Source: Azolla caroliniana (Eukaryota; Plantae; Polypodiophyta). Taken from it: DNA of 64,000 nt. Shown piece after piece: positions 12,001-25,200 of the stretch. A program made the position numbers and the translations under genes. How positions within the stretch are numbered: the first letter of the stretch is position 1; every line of letters begins with the position of its first letter. The DNA is taken from NCBI GenBank assembly GCA_043228905.1, contig JBHGNT010000028.1, forward strand, positions 62,001 through 126,000. The letters run 5' to 3'. The notes beneath the pieces are model-generated. The model saw nothing but the letters and a program-made list of their open reading frames with translations, was not told where the DNA came from and ran no database searches.

Positions 12001-15000
12001 TCCGATATCACACTCGCCAGTTATGAACATTTTAATTTACCTACTAGCTCTTCCCAACTCCCTCCTCATGTTGCTAATTTTGTCATGTCTCTCGACCTGA
12101 GTTTCAAAATCTTGATTATTTAATTCCATATCCTAGCTAGCGTTGTTAGCTTCGATTCGCATGTTTGAACACAAAAATCCGATATCCCACTCGCCAGATA
12201 TGAACATTTTAATTTACCTACTAGCTCTTCCCAACTCACTCCTCAAATTTGCTAATTTCCTCATGTCTCTCGACCTGAGTTTCAAAATCTTGATTTTTTA
12301 ATTCCATATCATAGCTACCGTTGTTAGCTTCGATTCGCATGTTTGAACACAAAAATCCGATATCACACTCGCCAGTTATGAACATTTTAATTTACCTAGT
12401 AGCTCTTCCCAACTCCCTCCTAATGTTGCTAATTTCGTCATGTCTCTCGACCTGAGTTTCAAAATCTTGATTTTTTAATTCCATATCATATCTAGCGTTG
12501 TTAGCTTCGATTCGCATGTTTGAACACAAAAATCCGATATCACACTCGCTAGATATGAACATTTTAATTTACCTACTAGCTCTTCCCAACTCACTCCTCA
12601 AATTTGGGAATTTCGTCATGTCTCTCGACCTGAGTTTCAAAATCTTGATTTTTTAATTCCATATCATAGCTAGCGTTGTTAGCTTCGATTCGCATGTTTG
12701 AACACAAAAATCCGATATCCCACTCGCCAGATATGAACATTTTAATTTACCTACTAGCTCTTCCCAACTCACTCCTCAAATTTGCTAATTTCCTCATGTC
12801 TCTCGACCTGAGTTTCAAAATCTTGATTTTTTAATTCCATATCATAGCTACCGTTGTTAGCTTCGATTCGCATGTTTGAACACAAAAATCCGATATCACA
12901 CTCGCCACTTATGAACATTTTAATTTACCTACTAGCTCTTCCCAACTCCCTCCTCATGTTGCTAATTTTGTCATGTCTCTCGACCTGAGTTTCAAAATCT
13001 TGATTATTTAATTCCATATCCTAGCTAGCGTTGTTAGCTTCGATTCGCATGTTTGAACACAAAAATCCGATATCCCACTCGCCAGATATGAACATTTTAA
13101 TTTACCTACTAGCTCTTCCCAACTCACTCCTCAAATTTGCTAATTTCCTCATGTCTCTCGACCTGAGTTTCAAAATCTTGATTTTTTAATTCCATATCAT
13201 AGCTACCGTTGTTAGCTTCGATTCGCATGTTTGAACACAAAAATCCGATATCACACTCGCCAGTTATGAACATTTTAATTTACCTAGTAGCTCTTCCCAA
13301 CTCCCTCCTAATGTTGCTAATTTCGTCATGTCTCTCGACCTGAGTTTCAAAATCTTGATTTTTTAATTCCATATCATATCTAGCGTTGTTAGCTTCGATT
13401 CGCATGTTTGAACACAAAAATCCGATATCACACTCGCCAGATATGAACATTTTAATTTACCTACTAGCTCTTCCTAACTCACTCCTCAAATATGGGAATT
13501 TCGTCATGTCTCTCGCCCTGAGTTTCAAAATCTTGATTTTTTAATTCCATATCATAGCTAGCGTTGTTAGCTTCGATTCGCATGTTTGAACACAAAAATC
13601 CGATATCCCACTCGCCAGATATGAACATTTTAATTTACCTACTAGCTCTTCCCAACTCACTCCTCAAATTTGGGAATTTCGTCATGTCTCTCGACCTGAG
13701 TTTCAAAATCTTGATTTTTTAATTCCATATCATAGCTAACGTTGTTAGCTTCGATTCACATGATTGAACACAAAAATCCGATATCACACTCGCCAGTTAT
13801 GAACATTTTAATTTACCTACTAGCTCTTCCCAACTCCCTCCTCATGTTGCTAATTTTGTCATGTCTCTCGACCTGAGTTTCAAAATCTTGATTATTTAAT
13901 TCCATATCCTAGCTAGCGTTGTTAGCTTCGATTCGCATGTTTGAACACAAAAATCCGATATCCCACTCGCCAGATATGAACATTTTAATTTACCTACTAG
14001 CTCTTCCCAACTCACTCCTCAAATTTGCTAATTTCCTCATGTCTCTCGACCTGAGTTTCAAAATCTTGATTTTTTAATTCCATATCATAGCTACCGTTGT
14101 TAGCTTCGATTCGCATGTTTGAACACAAAAATCCGATATCACACTCGCCAGTTATGAACATTTTAATTTACCTAGTAGCTCTTCCCAACTCCCTCCTAAT
14201 GTTGCTAATTTCGTCATGTCTCTCGACCTGAGTTTCAAAATCTTGATTATTTAATTCCATATCATATCTAGCGTTGTTAGCTTCGATTCGCATGTTTGAA
14301 CACAAAAATCCGATATCACACTCGCTAGATATGAACATTTTAATTTACCTACTAGCTCTTCCCAACTCACTCCTCAAATTTGGGAATTTCGTCATGTCTC
14401 TCGACCTGAGTTTCAAAATCTTGATTTTTTAATTCCATGTCATAGCTAGCGTTGTTAGCTTCGATTCGCATGTTTGAACACAAAAATCCGATATCCCACT
14501 CGCCAGATATGAACATTTTAATTTACCTACTAGCTCTTCCCAACTCACTCCTCAAATTTGGGAATTTCGTCATGTCTCTCGACCTGAGTTTCAAAATCTT
14601 GATTTTTTAATTCCATATCATAGCTAGCGTTGTTAGCTTCGATTCGCATGTTTGAACACAAAAATCCGATATCCCACTCGCCAGATATGAACATTTTAAT
14701 TTACCTACTAGCTCTTCCCAACTCACTCCTCAAATTTGGGAATTTCGTCATGTCTCTCGACCTGAGTTTCAAAATCTTGATTTTTTAATTCCATATCATA
14801 GCTAGCGTTGTTTGCTTCGATTCGCATGTTTGAACACAAAAATCCGATATCCCACTCGCCAGATATGAACATTTTAATTTACCTACTAGCTCTTCCCAAC
14901 TCACTCCTCAAATTTGGGAATTTCGTCATGTCTCTCGACCTGAGTTTCAAAATCTTGATTTTTTAATTCCATATCATAGCTAACGTTGTTAGCTTCGATT

Positions 15001-15281
15001 CACATGATTGAACACAAAAATCCGATATCACACTCGCCAGTTATGAACATTTTAATTTACCTACTAGCTCTTCCCAACTCCCTCCTCATGTTGCTAATTT
15101 TGTCATGTCTCTCGACCTGAGTTTCAAAATCTTGATTTTTTAATTCCATATCATAGCTACCGTTGTTAGCTTCGATTCGCATGTTTAAACACAAAAATCC
15201 GATATCACACTCGCCAGTTATGAACATTTTAATTTACCTAGTAGCTCTTCCCAACTCCCTCCTAATGTTGCTAATTTCGTC

Positions 15282-17767
15282 ATGTCTCTCGACCTGAGTT
15301 TCAAAATCTTGATTTTTTAATTCCATATCATATCTAGCGTTGTTAGCTTCGATTCGCATGTTTGAACACAAAAATCCGATATCACACTCGCCAGATATGA
15401 ACATTTTAATTTACCTACTAGCTCTTCCTAACTCACTCCTCAAATATGGGAATTTCGTCATGTCTCTCGCCCTGAGTTTCAAAATCTTGATTTTTTAATT
15501 CCATATCATAGCTAGCGTTGTTAGCTTCGATTCGCATGTTTGAACACAAAAATCCGATATCCCACTCGCCAGATATGAACATTTTAATTTACCTACTAGC
15601 TCTTCCCAACTCACTCCTCAAATTTGGGAATTTCGTCATGTCTCTCGACCTGAGTTTCAAAATCTTGATTTTTTAATTCCATATCATAGCTAACGTTGTT
15701 AGCTTCGATTCACATGATTGAACACAAAAATCCGATATCACACTCGCCAGTTATGAACATTTTAATTTACCTACTAGCTCTTCCCAACTCCCTCCTCATG
15801 TTGCTAATTTTGTCATGTCTCTCGACCTGAGTTTCAAAATCTTGATTATTTAATTCCATATCCTAGCTAGCGTTGTTAGCTTCGATTCGCATGTTTGAAC
15901 ACAAAAATCCGATATCCCACTCGCCAGATATGAACATTTTAATTTACCTACTAGCTCTTCCCAACTCACTCCTCAAATTTGCTAATTTCCTCATGTCTCT
16001 CGACCTGAGTTTCAAAATCTTGATTTTTTAATTCCATATCATAGCTACCGTTGTTAGCTTCGATTCGCATGTTTGAACACAAAAATCCGATATCACACTC
16101 GCCAGTTATGAACATTTTAATTTACCTAGTAGCTCTTCCCAACTCCCTCCTAATGTTGCTAATTTCGTCATGTCTCTCGACCTGAGTTTCAAAATCTTGA
16201 TTTTTTAATTCCATATCATATCTAGCGTTGTTAGCTTCGATTCGCATGTTTAAACACAAAAATCCGATATCACACTCGCCAGATATGAACATTTTAATTT
16301 ACCTACTAGCTCTTCCCAACTCACTCCTCAAATTTGGGAATTTCGTCATGTCTCTCGACCTGAGTTTCAAAATCTTGATTTTTTAATTCCATATCATAGC
16401 TAGCGTTGTAAGCTTCGATTCACATGTTTGAACACAAAAATCCGATATGACACTCGCCAGTTATGAACATTTTAATTTACCTAGTAGCTCTTCCCAACTC
16501 CCTCCTCATGTTGCTAATTTCGTCATGTCTCTCGACCTGAGTTTCAAAATCTTGATTTTTTAATTCCATATCATATCTAGCGTTGTTAGCTTCGATTCGC
16601 ATGTTTGAACACAAAAATCCGATATCACACTCGCCAGATATGAACATTTTAATTTACCTACTAGCTCTTCCTAACTCACTCCTCAAATATGGGAATTTCG
16701 TCATGTCTCTCGCCCTGAGTTTCAAAATCTTGATTTTTTAATTCCATATCATAGCTAGCGTTGTTAGCTTCGATTCGCATGTTTGAACACAAAAATCCGA
16801 TATCCCACTCGCCAGATATGAACATTTTAATTTACCTACTAGCTCTTCCCAACTCACTCCTCAAATTTGGGAATTTCGTCATGTCTCTCGACCTGAGTTT
16901 CAAAATCTTGATTTTTTAATTCCATATCATAGCTAACGTTGTTAGCTTCGATTCACATGATTGAACACAAAAATCCGATATCACACTCGCCAGTTATGAA
17001 CATTTTAATTTACCTACTAGCTCTTCCCAACTCCCTCCTCATGTTGCTAATTTTGTCATGTCTCTCGACCTGAGTTTCAAAATCTTGATTATTTAATTCC
17101 ATATCCTAGCTAGCGTTGTTAGCTTCGATTCGCATGTTTGAACACAAAAATCCGATATCCCACTCGCCAGATATGAACATTTTAATTTACCTACTAGCTC
17201 TTCCCAACTCACTCCTCAAATTTGCTAATTTCCTCATGTCTCTCGACCTGAGTTTCAAAATCTTGATTTTTTAATTCCATATCATAGCTACCGTTGTTAG
17301 CTTCGATTCGCATGTTTGAACACAAAAATCCGATATCACACTCGCCAGTTATGAACATTTTAATTTACCTAGTAGCTCTTCCCAACTCCCTCCTAATGTT
17401 GCTAATTTCGTCATGTCTCTCGACCTGAGTTTCAAAATCTTGATTTTTTAATTCCATATCATATCTAGCGTTGTTAGCTTCGATTCGCATGTTTAAACAC
17501 AAAAATCCGATATCACACTCGCCAGATATGAACATTTTAATTTACCTACTAGCTCTTCCCAACTCACTCCTCAAATTTGGGAATTTCGTCATGTCTCTCG
17601 ACCTGAGTTTCAAAATCTTGATTTTTTAATTCCATATCATAGCTAGCGTTGTAAGCTTCGATTCACATGTTTGAACACAAAAATCCGATATGACACTCGC
17701 CAGTTATGAACATTTTAATTTACCTAGTAGCTCTTCCCAACTCCCTCCTCATGTTGCTAATTTCGTC
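15282..17767. repeat. Tandem duplication of a 7-monomer unit (1243 bp x2)
   Basis: A rare monomer with GTAAGCTT and ATATGACAC has AAGCTT at 16410 and 17653 (offset 1243). The preceding B monomer has TTTAAAC in both copies. Confidence 0.88.
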
Positions 17768-18301
17768 ATGTCTCTCGACCTGAGTTTCAAAATCTTGATT
17801 TTTTAATTCCATATCATAGCTAGCGTTGTTAGCTTCGATTCGCATGTTTGAACACAAAAATCCGATATCCCACTCGCCAGATATGAACATTTTAATTTAC
17901 CTACTAGCTCTTCCCAACTCACTCCTCAAATTTGGGAATTTCGTCATGTCTCTCGACCTGAGTTTCAAAATCTTGATTTTTTAATTCCATATCATAGCTA
18001 GCGTTGTTAGCTTCGATTCGCACGTTTGAACAGAAAAATCCGATATCACACGAGCCAGGTATGAACATTTTAATTTACCTACTAGCTCTTCCCAACTCAC
18101 TCCTCAAATTTGCTAATTTTGTCATGTCTCTCGACCTGAGTTTCAAAATCTTGATTTTTTAATTCCATATCATAGCTAGCGTTGTTAGCTTCGATTCGCA
18201 TGTTTGAACACAAAAATCCGATATCACACTCGCTAGATATGAACATTTTAATTTACCTACTAGCTCTTCCCAACTCACTCCTCAAATTTGCTAATTTCGT
18301 C

Positions 18302-21300
18302 ATGTCTCTCGACCTGAGTTTCAAAATCTTGATTTTTTAATTCCATATCATAGCTAGCGTTGTTAGCTTCGATTCGCATGTTTGAACACAAAAATCCGAT
18401 ATCCCACTCGCCAGATATGAACATTTTAATTTACCTACTAGCTCTTCCCAACTCACTCCTCAAATTTGGGAATTTCGTCATGTCTCTCGACCTGAGTTTC
18501 AAAATCTTGATTTTTTAATTCCATATCATAGCTAACGTTGTTAGCTTCGATTCACATGATTGAACACAAAAATCCGATATCACACTCGCCAGTTATGAAC
18601 ATTTTAATTTACCTACTAGCTCTTCCCAACTCCCTCCTCATGTTGCTAATTTTGTCATGTCTCTCGACCTGAGTTTCAAAATCTTGATTATTTAATTCCA
18701 TATCCTAGCTAGCGTTGTTAGCTTCGATTCGCATGTTTGAACACAAAAATCCGATATCCCACTCGCCAGATATGAACATTTTAATTTACCTACTAGCTCT
18801 TCCCAACTCACTCCTCAAATTTGCTAATTTCCTCATGTCTCTCGACCTGAGTTTCAAAATCTTGATTTTTTAATTCCATATCATAGCTACCGTTGTTAGC
18901 TTCGATTCGCATGTTTGAACACAAAAATCCGATATCACACTCGCCAGTTATGAACATTTTAATTTACCTAGTAGCTCTTCCCAACTCCCTCCTAATGTTG
19001 CTAATTTCGTCATGTCTCTCGACCTGAGTTTCAAAATCTTGATTTTTTAATTCCATATCATATCTAGCGTTGTTAGCTTCGATTCGCATGTTTGAACACA
19101 AAAATCCGATATCACACTCGCTAGATATGAACATTTTAATTTACCTACTAGCTCTTCCCAACTCACTCCTCAAATTTGGGAATTTCGTCATGTCTCTCGA
19201 CCTGAGTTTCAAAATCTTGATTTTTTAATTCCATATCATAGCTAGCGTTGTTAGCTTCGATTCGCATGTTTGAACACAAAAATCCGATATCCCACTCGCC
19301 AGATATGAACATTTTAATTTACCTACTAGCTCTTCCCAACTCACTCCTCAAATTTGGGAATTTCGTCATGTCTCTCGACCTGAGTTTCAAAATCTTGATT
19401 TTTTAATTCCATATCATAGCTAGCGTTGTTAGCTTCGATTCGCATGTTTGAACACAAAAATCCGATATCCCACTCGCCAGATATGAACATTTTAATTTAC
19501 CTACTAGCTCTTCCCAACTCACTCCTCAAATTTGGGAATTTCGTCATGTCTCTCGACCTGAGTTTCAAAATCTTGATTTTTTAATTCCATATCATAGCTA
19601 GCGTTGTTTGCTTCGATTCGCATGTTTGAACACAAAAATCCGATATCCCACTCGCCAGATATGAACATTTTAATTTACCTACTAGCTCTTCCCAACTCAC
19701 TCCTCAAATTTGGGAATTTCGTCATGTCTCTCGACCTGAGTTTCAAAATCTTGATTTTTTAATTCCATATCATAGCTAACGTTGTTAGCTTCGATTCACA
19801 TGATTGAACACAAAAATCCGATATCACACTCGCCAGTTATGAACATTTTAATTTACCTACTAGCTCTTCCCAACTCCCTCCTCATGTTGCTAATTTTGTC
19901 ATGTCTCTCGACCTGAGTTTCAAAATCTTGATTTTTTAATTCCATATCATAGCTACCGTTGTTAGCTTCGATTCGCATGTTTAAACACAAAAATCCGATA
20001 TCACACTCGCCAGTTATGAACATTTTAATTTACCTAGTAGCTCTTCCCAACTCCCTCCTAATGTTGCTAATTTCGTCATGTCTCTCGACCTGAGTTTCAA
20101 AATCTTGATTTTTTAATTCCATATCATATCTAGCGTTGTTAGCTTCGATTCGCATGTTTGAACACAAAAATCCGATATCACACTCGCCAGATATGAACAT
20201 TTTAATTTACCTACTAGCTCTTCCTAACTCACTCCTCAAATATGGGAATTTCGTCATGTCTCTCGCCCTGAGTTTCAAAATCTTGATTTTTTAATTCCAT
20301 ATCATAGCTAGCGTTGTTAGCTTCGATTCGCATGTTTGAACACAAAAATCCGATATCCCACTCGCCAGATATGAACATTTTAATTTACCTACTAGCTCTT
20401 CCCAACTCACTCCTCAAATTTGGGAATTTCGTCATGTCTCTCGACCTGAGTTTCAAAATCTTGATTTTTTAATTCCATATCATAGCTAACGTTGTTAGCT
20501 TCGATTCACATGATTGAACACAAAAATCCGATATCACACTCGCCAGTTATGAACATTTTAATTTACCTACTAGCTCTTCCCAACTCCCTCCTCATGTTGC
20601 TAATTTTGTCATGTCTCTCGACCTGAGTTTCAAAATCTTGATTATTTAATTCCATATCCTAGCTAGCGTTGTTAGCTTCGATTCGCATGTTTGAACACAA
20701 AAATCCGATATCCCACTCGCCAGATATGAACATTTTAATTTACCTACTAGCTCTTCCCAACTCACTCCTCAAATTTGCTAATTTCCTCATGTCTCTCGAC
20801 CTGAGTTTCAAAATCTTGATTTTTTAATTCCATATCATAGCTACCGTTGTTAGCTTCGATTCGCATGTTTGAACACAAAAATCCGATATCACACTCGCCA
20901 GTTATGAACATTTTAATTTACCTAGTAGCTCTTCCCAACTCCCTCCTAATGTTGCTAATTTCGTCATGTCTCTCGACCTGAGTTTCAAAATCTTGATTTT
21001 TTAATTCCATATCATATCTAGCGTTGTTAGCTTCGATTCGCATGTTTGAACACAAAAATCCGATATCACACTCGCTAGATATGAACATTTTAATTTACCT
21101 ACTAGCTCTTCCCAACTCACTCCTCAAATTTGGGAATTTCGTCATGTCTCTCGACCTGAGTTTCAAAATCTTGATTTTTTAATTCCATATCATAGCTAGC
21201 GTTGTTAGCTTCGATTCGCATGTTTGAACACAAAAATCCGATATCCCACTCGCCAGATATGAACATTTTAATTTACCTACTAGCTCTTCCCAACTCACTC

Positions 21301-22209
21301 CTCAAATTTGGGAATTTCGTCATGTCTCTCGACCTGAGTTTCAAAATCTTGATTTTTTAATTCCATATCATAGCTAGCGTTGTTAGCTTCGATTCGCATG
21401 TTTGAACACAAAAATCCGATATCCCACTCGCCAGATATGAACATTTTAATTTACCTACTAGCTCTTCCCAACTCACTCCTCAAATTTGGGAATTTCGTCA
21501 TGTCTCTCGACCTGAGTTTCAAAATCTTGATTTTTTAATTCCATATCATAGCTAGCGTTGTTTGCTTCGATTCGCATGTTTGAACACAAAAATCCGATAT
21601 CCCACTCGCCAGATATGAACATTTTAATTTACCTACTAGCTCTTCCCAACTCACTCCTCAAATTTGGGAATTTCGTCATGTCTCTCGACCTGAGTTTCAA
21701 AATCTTGATTTTTTAATTCCATATCATAGCTAACGTTGTTAGCTTCGATTCACATGATTGAACACAAAAATCCGATATCACACTCGCCAGTTATGAACAT
21801 TTTAATTTACCTACTAGCTCTTCCCAACTCCCTCCTCATGTTGCTAATTTTGTCATGTCTCTCGACCTGAGTTTCAAAATCTTGATTTTTTAATTCCATA
21901 TCATAGCTACCGTTGTTAGCTTCGATTCGCATGTTTGAACACAAAAATCCGATATCACACTCGCCAGTTATGAACATTTTAATTTACCTAGTAGCTCTTC
22001 CCAACTCCCTCCTAATGTTGCTAATTTCGTCATGTCTCTCGACCTGAGTTTCAAAATCTTGATTTTTTAATTCCATATCATATCTAGCGTTGTTAGCTTC
22101 GATTCGCATGTTTGAACACAAAAATCCGATATCACACTCGCCAGATATGAACATTTTAATTTACCTACTAGCTCTTCCTAACTCACTCCTCAAATATGGG
22201 AATTTCGTC
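18302..22209. repeat. Tandem duplication of an 11-monomer unit (1954 bp x2; third copy at 13506-15459)
   Basis: Marker GTTGTTTGC has TTTG at 14811, 19607 and 21561. All three copies have monomer order C-D-E-A-B-C-C-C-D-A-B, with CGCTAGAT in the first B. Confidence 0.85.
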
Positions 22210-25200
22210 ATGTCTCTCGCCCTGAGTTTCAAAATCTTGATTTTTTAATTCCATATCATAGCTAGCGTTGTTAGCTTCGATTCGCATGTTTGAACACAAA
22301 AATCCGATATCCCACTCGCCAGATATGAACATTTTAATTTACCTACTAGCTCTTCCCAACTCACTCCTCAAATTTGGGAATTTCGTCATGTCTCTCGACC
22401 TGAGTGTCAAAATCTTGATTTTTTAATTCCATATCATAGCTAACGTTGTTAGCTTCGATTCACATGATTGAACACAAAAATCCGATATCACACTCGCCAG
22501 TTATGAACATTTTAATTTACCTACTAGCTCTTCCCAACTCCCTCCTCATGTTGCTAATTTTGTCATGTCTCTCGACCTGAGTTTCAAAATCTTGATTTTT
22601 TAATTCCATATCATAGCTACCGTTGTTAGCTTCGATTCGCATGTTTAAACACAAAAATCCGATATCACACTCGCCAGTTATGAACATTTTAATTTACCTA
22701 GTAGCTCTTCCCAACTCCCTCCTAATGTTGCTAATTTCGTCATGTCTCTCGACCTGAGTTTCAAAATCTTGATTTTTTAATTCCATATCATATCTAGCGT
22801 TGTTAGCTTCGATTCGCATGTTTGAACACAAAAATCCGATATCACACTCGCCAGATATGAACATTTTAATTTACCTACTAGCTCTTCCTAACTCACTCCT
22901 CAAATATGGGAATTTCGTCATGTCTCTCGCCCTGAGTTTCAAAATCTTGATTTTTTAATTCCATATCATAGCTAGCGTTGTTAGCTTCGATTCGCATGTT
23001 TGAACACAAAAATCCGATATCCCACTCGCCAGATATGAACATTTTAATTTACCTACTAGCTCTTCCCAACTCACTCCTCAAATTTGGGAATTTCGTCATG
23101 TCTCTCGACCTGAGTTTCAAAATCTTGATTTTTTAATTCCATATCATAGCTAACGTTGTTAGCTTCGATTCACATGATTGAACACAAAAATCCGATATCA
23201 CACTCGCCAGTTATGAACATTTTAATTTACCTACTAGCTCTTCCCAACTCCCTCCTCATGTTGCTAATTTTGTCATGTCTCTCGACCTGAGTTTCAAAAT
23301 CTTGATTATTTAATTCCATATCCTAGCTAGCGTTGTTAGCTTCGATTCGCATGTTTGAACACAAAAATCCGATATCCCACTCGCCAGATATGAACATTTT
23401 AATTTACCTACTAGCTCTTCCCAACTCACTCCTCAAATTTGCTAATTTCCTCATGTCTCTCGACCTGAGTTTCAAAATCTTGATTTTTTAATTCCATATC
23501 ATAGCTACCGTTGTTAGCTTCGATTCGCATGTTTGAACACAAAAATCCGATATCACACTCGCCAGTTATGAACATTTTAATTTACCTAGTAGCTCTTCCC
23601 AACTCCCTCCTAATGTTGCTAATTTCGTCATGTCTCTCGACCTGAGTTTCAAAATCTTGATTTTTTAATTCCATATCATATCTAGCGTTGTTAGCTTCGA
23701 TTCGCATGTTTGAACACAAAAATCCGATATCACACTCGCCAGATATGAACATTTTAATTTACCTACTAGCTCTTCCCAACTCACTCCTCAAATTTTGGAA
23801 TTTCGTCATGTCTCTCGACCTGAGTTTCAAAATCTTGATTTTTTAATTCCATATCATAGCTAGCGTTGTTAGCTTCGATTCGCATGTTTGAACACAAAAA
23901 TCCGATATCCCACTCGCCAGATATGAACATTTTAATTTACCTACTAGCTCTTCCCAACTCACTCCTCAAATTTGGGAATTTCGTCATGTCTCTCGACCTG
24001 AGTTTCAAAATCTTGATTTTTTAATTCCATATCATAGCTAACGTTGTTAGCTTCGATTCACATGATTGAACACAAAAATCCGATATCACACTCGCCAGTT
24101 ATGAACATTTTAATTTACCTACTAGCTCTTCCCAACTCCCTCCTCATGTTGCTAATTTTGTCATGTCTCTCGACCTGAGTTTCAAAATCTTGATTTTTTA
24201 ATTCCATATCATAGCTACCGTTGTTAGCTTCGATTCGCATGTTTGAACACAAAAATCCGATATCCCACTCGCCAGATATGAACATTTTAATTTACCTACT
24301 AGCTCTTCCCAACTCACTCCTCAAATTTGCTAATTTCCTGATGTCTCTCGACCTGAGTTTCAAAATCTTGATTTTTTAATTCCATATCATAGCTAACGTT
24401 GTTAGCTTCGATTCACATGATTGAACACAAAAATCCGATATCACACTCGCCAGTTATGAACATTTTAATTTACCTAGTAGCTCTTCCCAACTCCCTCCTA
24501 ATGTTGCTAATTTCGTCATGTCTCTCGACCTGAGTTTCAAAATCTTGATTTTTTAATTCCATATCATATCTAGCGTTGTTAGCTTCGATTCGCATGTTTG
24601 AACACAAAAATCCGATATCACACTCGCCAGATATGAACATTTTAATTTACCTACTAGCTCTTCCCAACTCACTCCTCAAATTTGGGAATTTCGTCATGTC
24701 TCTCGACCTGAGTTTCAAAATCTTGATTTTTTAATTCCATATCATAGCTAACGTTGTTAGCTTCGATTCACATGATTGAACACAAAAATCCGATATCACA
24801 CTCGCCAGTTATGAACATTTTAATTTACCTACTAGCTCTTCCCAACTCCCTCCTCATGTTGCTAATTTTGTCATGTCTCTCGACCTGAGTTTCAAAATCT
24901 TGATTTTTTAATTCCATATCATAGCTACCGTTGTTAGCTTCGATTCGCATGTTTGAACACAAAAATCCGATATCACACTCGCCAGTTATGAACATTTTAA
25001 TTTACCTAGTAGCTCTTCCCAACTCCCTCCTAATGTTGCTAATTTCGTCATGTCTCTCGACCTGAGTTTCAAAATCTTGATTTTTTAATTCCATATCATA
25101 TCTAGCGTTGTTAGCTTCGATTCGCATGTTTGAACACAAAAATCCGATATCACACTCGCCAGATATGAACATTTTAATTTACCTACTAGCTCTTCCTAAC

